Positions 1 through 12,175 of a stretch of DNA of 32,515 nt are shown in pieces. The translations under genes and the position numbers were made by a program. Every line of letters begins with the position of its first letter. Positions within the stretch are counted from its first letter, which is position 1. Location: the NCBI GenBank assembly GCA_010405405.1, contig MU004231.1, forward strand, positions 4,462,689 through 4,495,203, written 5' to 3'. The notes beneath the pieces are model-generated. The model was not told the DNA's origin. It saw nothing but the letters and a program-made list of their open reading frames with translations, and made no database searches. The DNA is from Microthyrium microscopicum (Eukaryota).

Positions 1-1856
1 CTGAGATCGCCGTGAATGGAAGTCTCGTACTGGTTTTGGCACATCACGAATGCTTAATGCTGTGCAATTGGCTGATTGGTTTGTCGTGGAAACTTCCCCG
101 GCTTTGCCAATTAGTCAAGGTTCAACATGGATTTGAAAATCTACAGACATGACGATCAGCTTACATACCTCACAAAATAGAGACTTCACCCACTTTGCCA
201 AGTGACCTTTTCGGGTATCTGTAGATATGTGCTTACAAGAGAGATGATAGCTTTTAGTGACTGAACTCCTAGAGGTAGAAGGTGCTTAAGTCTCTGAGTA
301 CTACATTTTGTAGGATATACCATTGAAGATTTCAAATACGTGAAATGGTCAGTAAGTGAGAAGGTGTACATAAGTGTATAGTAGTTACTTGTTGTTTACG
401 ACATGTATGGTTATCGCGACCACTAACATGACTTTGCTGCACTGCCATTCTTTTGTTATGATGAAAAAAATAGACCAGTAGCTGATGTCTGTCTAACAAG
501 TCATTTTCTGAGCGCGCCTCGGAGAACCATTGGAAAAATATTAAGCATTGACTGTTTTCCAATATTCTCATGATTTGGCACTCGTAAGGCAGGCTAAAAG
601 TCATCAGTTACTTCTGGATCAAGCTCCCACCTCACACTCTGGAATTACCATTGGCTTGGTGAATTGAGCAACACCACAGAGCCGCTTTATTTACAAAAAT
701 CCGATGTGCCCGTGAAGAGGGAAGAGGAAGCGTGGTAGTCCACTATACAAGGCTGAGCTAGCATATGATTGGCTGAACTAATCTAGCTCCCTTAGTTCCC
801 ACATTACTCTAATTCTAAGATTGCAGTAGCCTTTTTTCCGGTATATACTCCGTGATTGTTTTTGATCCGCATAAGATCCTCTATGACCTTTCTAGAAGTC
901 ATAAAGAGGAAGAGCAGACTGGCTTACTTCTGGGTAACCTTCTGACTCCTGAGAAACGACTTTTGAACTTGTAGCAGCGCTGTCGTGGGCGAACTGGGTC
1001 TGGAACTCCTACAGCCTCGCCGGCACGACCAGCTTCCGTACTAGACTAGTTCGATACGCTACTACAAATACATAATTGGTCCTTTATACCATCATTCCTC
1101 ACGATCGTACATTATTGAATTGTCAAGACATATCTCCGATCACTCAAATTTCTGAGAAAAACTATGTTTACTCGCTGTGTCATAAGTGACGTACGCTCGT
1201 TGGCAAGAGTTAAACATTCCCGATGTTTCAGTGTATCCGAATGAAAAGTGGAGGCCGTGAAACGCGCAGGTCAGATTCGTTCTTATTTTTAGCCGCCACC
1301 ACGCCAGTTCGGGAAGTGGCCTTAACTTTGTTTCCGCATCAGATGGTTGTTGTTTTTCTCACGGAACTTGCCTTCCGTAATTGTTCGTTGTTATCGCAGC
1401 TAGATGTCATAGAACAGTAATATGTTACACATAATTGGCTAATGGATGTTGAATTACAGACAGGTCACGAAACCCTACAACAACACTAGTATTGCAAAAG
1501 TACCTAGGTATTGATTGCCGTTACGCGTAGCGATTGATGTTCTGCAGATGCTGAGGTAAGTTTGTAGAAAACAAGTGGAGTTATGTCAGATTTCTATTTT
1601 ACGAAGCAATGCGATTCGGTAACTTCCGTGCCTGGTCCTTGCATATGGCAGGATGGGGAAGGTTATGACGGGTTTTGGTTGTTGAAATCGCTTCGGGTGT
1701 TGCTCAGGGGCATCTTGGAATGGAAAGGATGTGATACTCAGCCACCTACGATTCATTGGTGAGACAAACATCACCCTATTTTCTGACCGAATCCAGTATT
1801 TGAAAAGAGCTTAAAGCTGCTTGTCTGCTGATATTGTTTCGGCGTTTCTGTTTTCG

Positions 1857-1863
1857 TATAAAA
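1857..1863 (+). promoter_or_regulatory. Putative TATA box (TATAAAA) of the cupredoxin gene
   Basis: TATAAAA about 70 bp upstream of ATG 1930, which sits in a good fungal context (CAACATCATGG). Confidence 0.5.
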
Positions 1864-1929
1864 TCTGCTCAAATCATCTCATTATATTCCCTAACTCTAA
1901 ACCTTTAAACTTGAGCTTATATCAACATC

Positions 1930-2663
1930 ATGGTTTCTTCAAAGATCTTTGCCGCTGCCGCGCTTGCGAGTATCGCGTCTGCCATTGACCATCAGGTCAA
2001 GGTTGGTTCAGGCGGAAACGTTTATTCTCCTTCAACCATTCCTGGAGTTGCTGTTGGCGATACTGTCAGTTTCCAATTCCAAGGCACCGTTCACAATGTC
2101 GTTCAATCGAGTTTCTCTTCTCCATGTACACCAATGGACAATGGATTCTCTGTTCCATTCCAGTCAAGTTCCGATACCTTCACTGTCAACGTGACAACCA
2201 CCGACGCGATCTGGTTCTATTGTTCATACCAAAACCACTGCAACTTGGGTATGGTAGGAGTTATCAATCCGGGGTAAGCACCATCCGAACTATTCATTTC
2301 CATTTAGACGCGTCATTGACATGATATTAGAACTGGACAAACTCAAGGAGCCTTTGCCTCTGCTGCAAAGGGCGCGACAGTCTCTCAACCAAAGAGTAAC
2401 AGCGCGGTTGGTGGCGTTCTTGGTAGCGGTTAGTGCATCTTCTCCAGAAACTTTAAAAAGTATCCACTAAAAATATCACAGGGTCTTCTTCCGGAGCAAC
2501 AACCTCTTCCGCATCAGGTTCATCTGCTTCATCCTCAGCCTCTTCATCCATGTCAGCTTCAATGGGAATGGCAAGCTCAACAAGCTCTGGATCTGGTGCT
2601 ATCTCTACCGCCATGCCAGCAGCACTCGCGATGGTTGCTGGTCTTGCTGCTGCAGTGCTATAA
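1930..2663 (+). CDS. Secreted, probably GPI-anchored cupredoxin-domain Ser-rich protein, about 207 aa; join(1930..2273,2331..2428,2482..2663)
   Basis: Signal peptide MVSSKIFAAAALASIASA. Cupredoxin motifs VGDTVSFQF, HNVVQSSFSSPC and WFYCSYQNHCNLGMVGVIN supply His...Cys-x4-His-x4-Met type-1 Cu ligands. Introns GTAAGC..TAG (2274-2330) and GTTAGT..CAG (2429-2481) keep the frame. A Ser-rich stalk is followed by a hydrophobic tail (AMPAALAMVAGLAAAVL*) typical of a GPI signal. Confidence 0.88.
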
Positions 2664-2800
2664 GAGTTGGAAAGAATACAAACTACAATACTAGCTCGAC
2701 ATGATCCGATGCCACAATAGTTGTAGAATTATCGAGTATGAGCGCTTTGGTTACAAATTATAATTTGCGTAGTATTCTCCAATCTCTCGATACATTCTCT

Positions 2801-3045
2801 CCGCTGTCGGTGATTGAAATGAACAAAGAAGACATTGGACAAATCCGAGTGATCCGCTGGTCGGAGGTATTTTGGTATACAGACAGATGGTAAGGCCGTG
2901 CAAGGAGAAAACTAACCAGGTTTTTTTATGCAAGTCATTCAAGTCGTTGCAGGTGCACGCAGTCAGTTTGGTAGGCCGGCCGTCGGAGGCAATGGGAATA
3001 GGAATTGATGTTGTCTGATTGGTTGTTGAGAAAGACCGAAATCGG
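2801..3045. promoter_or_regulatory. Cluster of Leu3/LeuB-type Zn2Cys6 binding sites upstream of LEU1
   Basis: CCG-N4-CGG at 2801-2810 (CCGCTGTCGG) and 3036-3045 (CCGAAATCGG). CCG-N5-CGG at 2854-2864 and 2976-2986. Reverse CCAAT (ATTGG) at about 3018. All lie within 450 bp of the LEU1 ATG. Confidence 0.6.
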
Positions 3046-3244
3046 GGACAAATGCGATCTCGGAGGGGTCAAGATACATTATTTTTGTTGTCAGCCAACA
3101 TTCAAGTCAACCTTAAACATCGCCGCTTCGCCCTCATCTATTGAGCTTTTATCAAAGCTGCGGATAACTTTGTCCACAATATATAAGTTCCGCACTGGGA
3201 GTCTGCCTTCAACGCAGTTCATTACATCCTTTTGAGCATTCATC

Positions 3245-5681
3245 ATGCCTGGCATCATCAACAAGCCCCAGACTCTCTATGAGAAGGTCTTCAATGACCA
3301 TATCGTTGACGAGAGAGACGATGGCACAATCCTCCTTTATATTGGTAAGCCTTTTCTCATCTTCAATGGCAATGGAACTGATCCTATACAGACAGACATC
3401 TTGTGCACGAAGTCACGTCGCCACAAGCTTTCGAAGGACTCAAAAATGCGGGGCGCAGAGTTCGAAGACCAGATTGCACCCTAGCTACTGTCGACCACGT
3501 ATGTTCCTTATGTCCTTGTCTGTTGAGGTTTTGCTAACGAAGGCTGATTAGAACATCCCTACTTCCTCCCGAAAATCCTACAAGAGTGTCGAAACCTTTG
3601 TCGAAGAAGACGATTCCCGCACTCAATGCGTTACCCTCGAACAGAATGTCAAAGACTTTGGTCTTGTATACTTTGGCCTCGATGACAAGCGACAAGGAAT
3701 TGTGCATATCATTGGACCTGAGCAAGGCTTCACACTACCGGGCACAACTCTAGTCTGCGGCGACAGTCACACATCTACACATGGCGCCTTTGGTGCTCTT
3801 GCTTTTGGAATTGGTACTTCAGAAGTTGAACATGTTTTGGCCACACAAACACTCATCACACGGCGGAGCAAGAACATGAGAGTGCAGGTCGAAGGTGAAC
3901 TTGCACCAGGTGTCTCTAGCAAAGATGTCGTTCTTCATATCATTGGCTTGACTGGTACTGCTGGTGGTACTGGTGCTGTTATTGAATACTGCGGTTCCAC
4001 CATCAGAGCTTTAAGCATGGAGGCACGCATGTCTATCTGCAACATGTCCATTGAGGGCGGTGCTCGAGCTGGAATGATTGCTCCCGATGAGACAACATTC
4101 GAGTACCTCAAAGGCAAGCCACTTGCTCCAAAGTACGGCAGCGAGGAGTGGAACAAAGCCGTTGCATATTGGTCAAGTCTGAAAACTGATGAGGGAGCCA
4201 CCTTTGATATCGACTATCAAATCAATGCCAAGGACATTGCACCTACAGTTTCTTGGGGCAACTCTCCACAAGATGTCGTCCCAATCACTGGAGTTGTTCC
4301 AGGCCCAGAAGATTTCACAGATCCCGTGAAGAAGGAGTCGTGCGTTCGCGCCCTTGAGTATATGGGTCTCAAAGCTGGAACTCCAATGCAAGAAATTCCC
4401 ATCGACAAAGTCTTTATTGGTTCCTGCACGAATGCTCGGATGGAAGATCTCCGCATTGCTGCAAAGGTCGTCGAAGGCAAACGTGTTGCTTCAAATGTCA
4501 AGCGTGCCATGATCGTTCCCGGATCTGGTCTTGTGCGAGACCAGGCGGAAGCTGAAGGCCTTGATAAGATCTTCACCGATGCCGGTTTTGAGTGGAGAGA
4601 AGCAGGATGTTCCATGTGCCTTGGCATGAATCCAGACATCCTGGCTCCACAAGAACGATGCGCAAGCACGTCGAACCGGAATTTCGAGGGTCGCCAAGGT
4701 GCTGGTGGACGAACTCATTTGATGTCGCCCGCAATGGCAGCTGCAGCCGCAATTGTTGGCAACCTAGCAGACGTCCGAAAGGTAGCAAGTGGCCTTCAAA
4801 TTAGCGCCCATAAGAGTGGCCCCAAGGTTCAGGTTGACGCTGCTCATGCTGCTGATATCAACTCCGACTCCGACCTTGACCGCATTATGGATGCGCCAGA
4901 AGATGCACAGACAACACGCACTGCGACTCCTGGAGCCACCTCATCACCCGCCGCTGCCAGTATTCCCAAATTCACACAACTCAAAGGCTATGCCGCCCCA
5001 TTTCAGAACGGAAACATTGACACCGATGCCATCATTCCAAAACAATTCCTCAAAACCATCAAGCGCTCAGGTCTTGGTAGCGCTCTTTTCCATGCATGGC
5101 GTTACGACGCAAAAACCAACAAGGAAACGCCCGAATTTGTTCTAAACAAGGAACCATATCGAAATTCCAAGCTCTTGGTATGCACTGGCCCTAATTTTGG
5201 CTGTGGAAGTTCACGTGAACATGCTCCATGGGCTCTACTTGACTTTGGCATCAAAGCTGTCGTTGCCAGCTCCTTTGGCGACATCTTCTACAACAACATG
5301 TCAAAGAATGGCATGGTCTCTGCTATTGTCACTGATAAGGCTCAACTCCAAGCTGTCTATGACGAGGCCGCAGCTGGAAAAGAGATTGAACTAGATCTCC
5401 CAGCACAAACAATCAAGTCGGCCGACGGTAAAGAGCTTGCCAAGTTTGACATTGAGCCTTTCCTCAAGGAATGCCTTGTCAATGGCTGGGATGATATCGG
5501 TCTTACCATGCGCATGGATGACAAGATTGGCACCTATGAGAGTCGTCGTGCTCAGGCTTGGCCTTGGCTAGAGGGCAAAGCGTATCTAAAGCGCGATAAG
5601 AATGGTAATGTGAGAATTGATGCGGCGCCGGTGCCAAAGACAAATCGGGGCGATGTGATTTCGGAACCGCTGGAGTGGTAG
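3245..5681 (+). CDS. LEU1: 3-isopropylmalate dehydratase (fused large and small subunit), about 778 aa; join(3245..3344,3392..3498,3552..5681)
   Basis: Spliced N-terminus [35 protein letters not shown]. Motifs [20 protein letters not shown] and [11 protein letters not shown] (Fe-S cysteines), [12 protein letters not shown], and small-subunit [14 protein letters not shown] and [13 protein letters not shown]. Canonical introns at 3345-3391 and 3499-3551. Confidence 0.97.
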
Positions 5682-6087
5682 TGGTACTTCAAAATGGTGT
5701 TTGGTTGAGATGCAATATGTGCTACGGCCTTTTCTGTAATATGCAATTGCTAATAGCTTCTTGTCTATTAATTTATCCAGTTCTGTTAATGTTCAATAGT
5801 TCGAATATGAGACTTTCAGAATGTACTGTGATATTCATCAGCAGCTTCACATTTATCTACCAATGTTTCTAGTTCGTGAATCTTGACTTTAATGCTGCAC
5901 TTCCTAGTCAATATAGAGAGACACACGCGAGACCGCATTGCAACGCCACCGTGTCTCATGTCACTGACCAGTCTGGGTGCTTTTGAGCTTTAGTCATTCG
6001 TGGAACTTCTCGTGAAGGTTGTTGTAGTTGAGTGTGTGCAGCCTAATCGAATAATTACTGACCCGGATTCTGATAGCTTCTTCTTCT

Positions 6088-9000
6088 TTATTCCTCCGCG
6101 AATTTCTTAGGTCTATATTCTTCAATGACACTCTTCGGCTGAACATACGTTCCTAGAGGCTGATATTCGTTTGCAAAACCAAAAGCTTTTGGGCCGCCAA
6201 TTTCAACCGCACGTTCTGTGTCAACCCATCGTGGAGAGCAAGTGATACCAATGACCGTCACCCTGTACCCATATCTGAATTCCGGAACACCAAGAGCCTT
6301 TCCAGATCCATTGTCCAAAACAGCAATTAGATCTGGGACGGAAGCAATGATTTTCACCTCTCCATCGTCAGCTTCGTGTTCTGCAGTAATGATTTCGTTT
6401 TTGAATGGTAGTTTAAGCAGGCCACCATGGGCTACAGCGGCCATAAGAGGTCTTGAAGACTGGTCTTCATCTTCGATATGATCAAAAGATTTGATGTGGA
6501 CTACGCCGTAGCTATGACCTTGAGATAGCTCATTCTCCACTTGAATGATCTTGCCCCTGAAGAGTATCTTTGCTACTCCTGGTCCGCCAGCTTCTTCAAT
6601 GATCGATTCGGCAACAGATGAGATTGTGTTTGAGAAGTTACATCTCGCAATGCTACGACCTATCCGCCAAGCAAGTGAAAAAGTATTGAGAACTGCATAT
6701 TTCGTCACATCTGCTTTGTTGGTTGGCCGAGTAGCTGCACCAACTGCAGAACCCATTTCTACACACGCTGCTCTTAGGATTGAATCAACGAGCTTGTCAC
6801 TTGAAGAAGCTGTCATGATAATCGTGCTCCCGTCACCAGAGTCGATTGCACAAGGAACGAGGCGATGACTCTCGTGAGCGGCAAGAGTAGTTTGCCATGC
6901 TGTTGGATATGCGCGACCCATCCAATCACCATCAACTACTGGTACATTGAAGAAACGCGATGATCCAAGAAGTAAAGGCTCAAGACCATTTCCTCCACCA
7001 ATCTCAATCGGCATTACTGCTTGGAAATTGTCGTGACCAAGATATGCCATAAGTGCTTTCATGGCGGACACATTCTCTGTGGATTGTAGTCGTTCGACTC
7101 CAACTGCTGGTGAACCCAGTCCACCTCCACTATAGATTATATCGTCCGTCCCCAGGGCCGATGGGTCAATTATGCGCATGATATAGCCTTCGCGAAGCAT
7201 TCGAGTAAGTTGGATTTTGACCGCTGCTGGACTCCCTCCTCCAGCGCAACCGAGCACATAGCAACCATCGGCCAAGTAAGCAACGTCGGTTACACTAACA
7301 ACCCACTCGAGTCTGTCGTTTTGATAAACAACTTTCGGAGAGTAAGTGAGCGGATTTACTTCTTCGCTTTTGAGAATCGGGTCGTCTAGTCGTTGGGAGA
7401 ATCTTTCAGGCTCATCATCAATGTCATCGTCGTCTTGATCTTCCTCAAATTGAAATTGAGGGAAGCTCACACGAGTGTCAACGTCTCCAACAGCTCGGGC
7501 GATAATTCGTATCCGTTTTTCAATGTATGAGACCGGCATGGTCTCCACTTCGGTGATATGTATGCTGTTTTCTGAGGCGCCCGATTCTTTGGCTTTCTCG
7601 ATAGCCAATCGTTTCGCATGACTGATGGCTTGCTGGACAGATTGCGTGCGGGTGTCTTGTAAGATATCCACGCAACCACTAATTTGAGATATCGCGGCAC
7701 CAACAGCGTTGGCAACGTCGTAGAAAATAGGGCGGGTTAGTGAAGCTGCACCTTGTAAGGACTCTGGAGCGATGATTGCACCACCGCCGACAAGGAGGAC
7801 CGGTAAGGGATCCGGTGAAAGTTTCATAACATCCATTGCGGTCTCAAACATCTTTTTCATACTTTTTCGTGCTTCCTCAACCAAGAAGTGATCTAAATGA
7901 GAAACTTTGGATGAGTCACCAATATTGGCCATGCCAGCAGCAACAGCGATGTCAGTCGCAGTAATTGTGGTTCCACCGAATACCAATGCCTCACGTTCCA
8001 ACTCTTTACCAACGGAATCTGGTCCTACTGTCACTTTCCCATCAACATGTCTGACGATACATCCTCCCCCGAGACCGATTGAGTGAAGGTGCGGTAGGCT
8101 ATAATTGACCCGAACTCCAGGTACTATCTCAACGTAGGCAAAAGCCTGACGAGGCACGTTGGAAGAAAGAAGCACGCCAACGTCAGTAGTAGTACCTCCT
8201 ACGTCAATAACAATTGACTGTAAACCATCCAAGTTCTTTCCCGATAAATATGCTGCTCCGCGCATTGAATTTGTTGCACCAGAGCAAAAGGTGCGAATTG
8301 GAGTCTTTGCGGCGGAAGAAGCGCTCAGTCCTGTGCCATCATTTTGAGTAATAAAGATCGGGCATGTCAAGTACAATTGTCTCATAGCAAGATGAAATGC
8401 CTTGACTGTTTTGCGAGCGTACTTCAGGATCGCAGCATTCAAGATACTCGCGTTCTCCCGCTCCATGAAGCCAACATTGGCAACAGTGTGACTACAGACA
8501 ACATCTGCACCAGGGATTTCATTAAGCAATATGTCGCGAATACGATCTTCTTGCTTAAAGTCTTGGTCAATTGGGGAAAAGACTCCTGCAACCACAATGG
8601 TATTCAAGCCAAGCTCTTTGATCTTCGTGGCTTCTTGAACCACCTGCTCTTCAATGACAGATGCTTCTTCTCGCCCATCTATGTGTATTCCTCCATCGAC
8701 ATAGCCAACGTAACCTCTAATCAGTCTAGCTAGGTCTGCAGGCCACTCCGCGAACGGTGGAATTTCACGTAGGAAGGACTTGGAGACTCTGATGATTGCT
8801 ACTGGTCTCAGCCGTCGGGCATCTCTCTCAATCACAGCGTTCATGAAATGAGTTGTGCCGATGGTCACGGTCGCAACTCGAGATGGGCTGATGCTGGCTG
8901 ATTCGATAACATGTTTGACTGCGTCGGTGATACCTGTTGTCGCGTCTGGCGTGGTCGTTGTTTTCTGGTGTGCAAGGACGCCACGATGTGCAGCATTTCC

Positions 9001-9165
9001 CTTCAATGAGAGATCAACAGCCACTGCATCAGTATTCGTACCTGATTGCGTTAGTGAATATTGACATCTGGTAGCCTAACTGATAGACAAAGTAAATGGC
9101 ATGACCCCACCGACTTCGATGGCACCTACACGACACACTCTGAGATCGGGTGCTTTATCTACCAC
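6088..9165 (-). CDS. Hydantoinase/oxoprolinase-family protein fused to a C-terminal DUF917 domain, about 1000 aa; main exon 9041..6088, first exon (about 9165..9111) uncertain and possibly defective
   Basis: GTNTDAV follows the acceptor CAG (branch CACTAAC). Other motifs: VTIGTTHFMNAV, ERENASILNA, SGATNSMRGA, IVIDVGGTTTDVG, SIGLGGG, VANAVGAA. DUF917 part: GCYVLGCAGGGSP, EIGGGNG, VDGDWMGRAYP, SVPDLIAVLD. The upstream exon reads ..RVGAIEVG (compare RIGVDVGG) but has no in-frame ATG. Confidence 0.88.
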
Positions 9166-9793
9166 ATAGGGCGTTCAAGCTTGAAGAAAACCTCCCAGTA
9201 TTTAAGAGCGTTCGTGTGAGCCAGCGAAGTTGATGGGAGAACGCTAATTATTTTGTCATCTGGTCATTGTTGTGGCTTTGTTCATTCCAAACCGCACCTC
9301 CAACATCAACACCAATACGAATGGTTGCGCAATCGACTTCCATATTTGTTTTCCCCTGACAGCTTTTATTTTGATCTGTCAAACACTTTCGTGGAGGTGG
9401 TCTCCTCGCATGAACACATTGTCAGTCGAGCCAGTGACCGGTCAAACCGGCGTGTCGTGTACCGTGTGACCGGTGAGCTTAATCCGGAGGGATGCGATGC
9501 GCGATTTGGCGGGCGCCAATCAATTCCAGGAGACCGATTGACTTCTTATCATCATGTCAATATTTCAAATGTGGCCGCACAAGTGTGCCTTTCATTTTCG
9601 TTCACCTTGTTCAGGAGGCTTGTTTAATGTTCTTTCCAACCGGGAAGCATCTAGGCCACATATCAAAATTTCTGGACAAATTCTTGGGAGCATATGCATC
9701 GCAAGAGATATTGGCGAATACAACAATAAAACGTTACGCCATAAAGACTAAGCACCAAACATCCTCTACGTCTTTGGCGAGGTCGCCATCTTC

Positions 9794-11830
9794 ATGATGA
9801 GCCAAGAGCAAAAGAGTAGAGAAACCAAAGGAAGACGACGCAGCCTGTCTTTCAGTTGGATCCTGTATGGCCATATCAAGATATCATCGGTCCCCGTTCC
9901 CCTATCGTTGAAGTCATCGCACGAGTCACATTCAATAAATCAGCATCCACCCCAGCGGCCATTCCAGAACGCGCAACATGAAATCCGAATTCTTCACCTG
10001 CAGCCAGGCGAATGGTCAGAACCAATCGTCACCAAACTGGAAACAATATCCTCGCCTTATGACGTGCCTTATGAAGCGCTTTCATATACTTGGGGTAGTG
10101 CTACCGATACCAAACCAATCACTGTGGACGGATCAGAGTACCACGTTACTAGAAACCTGGAGGCTGCACTTCGTCACCTTCGTTTGACTGATGAGACACG
10201 CAAGTTGTGGTGTGATTCAGTTTGCATAAATCAGATGGACAATATTGAGAAGAGTATACAGGTGCAGAAGATGGGACACATTTTCTCTGGAGCATCCATG
10301 GTTCTCGTTTGGCTTGGAAAGTCGTATGAAAACCAAGATCAGTGGAGTCTTGACGTTGATGAAGACCTTTTAAAGAAGGCTATAGATCTTGCTTCAAATC
10401 TTAGGCAAGCTTACGACCAGTCGTTGCATGATGATCCCTTCCAGTGGGCATCTTTACTCAGGCAACGGGTACAAGATCTGCAGCTTTGTCATGCGGAAAG
10501 CAATGGTGATGGTCGTGTAACAGCCTTACTGATCAATCTGTTAGGCCGCCCATAGTGAGTGAAAGTCCTTGAGGATCGTGAACTGTAATAACGAATCAGG
10601 TTTTCTAGAGTTTGGATGATACAGGAAGCCAATCTTCATTTGAAGCCGACTGAAGTCGTTTTGGGTGGTTATTCCTCCCGTCTAGATAACTTCACACATA
10701 GTGCACATTACCTTGCGATACTGCAAGACTTCTTCGGAGATGAATATGGTCATCCAAGTCCTGATTTTCTATTCCCACCATTCTACTGGCAAGATTTGCA
10801 GTTCGTAATCAGACACCCATCATTCAAAGCTCTATCGAAAGCATATCGACTACAGGTATTGCTGTCAATGACATCGGCTTCTTTCCATTGCTCAGACCCA
10901 AGAGATCGCATTTACGCCTTACTAGGACTGTCAAATAACAAGAATAATGGGCAGAGTACAGTCACCGTAGACTATCTCAAAACCTTTCAGACCGTGGCCT
11001 TAGACACAGCAATCAGCTTGATAGAAGGTACTCAATCCTTCGCGTTGCTGTCATTTGCACCTGACACGACGCCAGGCATGCCATCGTGGGTACCAGCTTG
11101 GAATCGTCCCGTCATCTATACGCGGAAGGAGACATATTTCGATGACTACTTCGCCATTTTGACCTGTTTTCCAGGGCGCCACGCGGCTAGATTTCAACTA
11201 AGTCCTGATCGAATGACATTGTATGCAAGTGGAGTTATCTTGGGAGCTGTTGCCAGCGTAGTCAAATTACCTGATCTGACCATGCCTGACGATGATACCG
11301 TTTCGAACCGAGCGACCAAGAATATAGAGCTTATGAAACGATTTGAGGAAAGGTTATTGACAATTCCATCTTTAGCCAAATGCTTCGAATTGTCGAGAGA
11401 AGATATAAGTATTCTAGGTCATGTATTAGAGGGCACTCGATACAATTGGACGTGGGAGGAGGATGTACAAAGGTATGATGCGATCATGGATAGACTGCCT
11501 GAAGGCATGAAATCCATTTCCGAGCTCGAGATGGGCAAATATCTTGATGCACTGGCATTTGTCGCGAAAGGAGACACTATCTTCAGCACTGCTCAGCAAG
11601 ACATAGGCCGTACTCTCTTGGGTCCTGTGGGAGACTCACCTCTAGAAGCCGACTGTATTGCCCTATTCCCTGGATGTCTTCGACCTGTGCTCCTTCGACC
11701 AGTGACTGGCGGATATAGAAACCTTGGTCAATGCTACCTTCACGGCTACATGGATATGGATGAGCAAGCTGCCGTCTTTGAGAAAGCGTTGGCAGAGCAG
11801 GGAAAACTAGCCATGATAGCTCTACTATAA
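9794..11830 (+). pseudogene. HET-domain (heterokaryon incompatibility, HET-6-like) gene, join(9794..10554,10600..11830), with one in-frame TAG across the splice junction; null allele or editing/readthrough-dependent gene
   Basis: HET motifs EIRILHL, YEALSYTWG, VTRNLEAALRHLR, LWCDSVCINQ, EKSIQVQKMGHIFSGA..VLVWLG, then RP[TA|G]FSRVWMIQEA, CSDPRDRIYALLGL, PSWVPAW and C-terminal YRNLGQCYLHGYMD. Intron GTGAGT(10555)..CAG(10599). The start codon is uncertain. Confidence 0.85.
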
Positions 11831-12175
11831 TGTAGAAATACTCCAATCATAGTCTTTGTAAGCAACATTGAACTCGGCTCCTTTGGTAATTTCAGTAGAA
11901 AGTTCTAATGTATGGTGAGCCCAGCATGGTCTGCTTCATCCTGGTTTGAAATGTACTCGTCTGCGGCTTCCGCAAGTGAAGCTGGAATTGTTATTAATAT
12001 CTGATTCACCCTCTTCTAGTTGCCGCCGAATCCCTTCTGATCCTTCTTGGATCGTTCCTTGACAATTGATGTACTGCTTTATTGCTATCGGAATGCTGCC
12101 CGCAGAAAACACTTGTAATTTGGGATGAGCAAGCAAGTCGAGATGTAATTGCCCAAAAAGTCAAGTAGCTTTCTT

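Noticed and set aside
1..1850. Short ORFs and a small inverted repeat TTGGAAAA..TTTTCCAA (about 530-562)
   Set aside because: No coding or element signature I can support; treated as intergenic.
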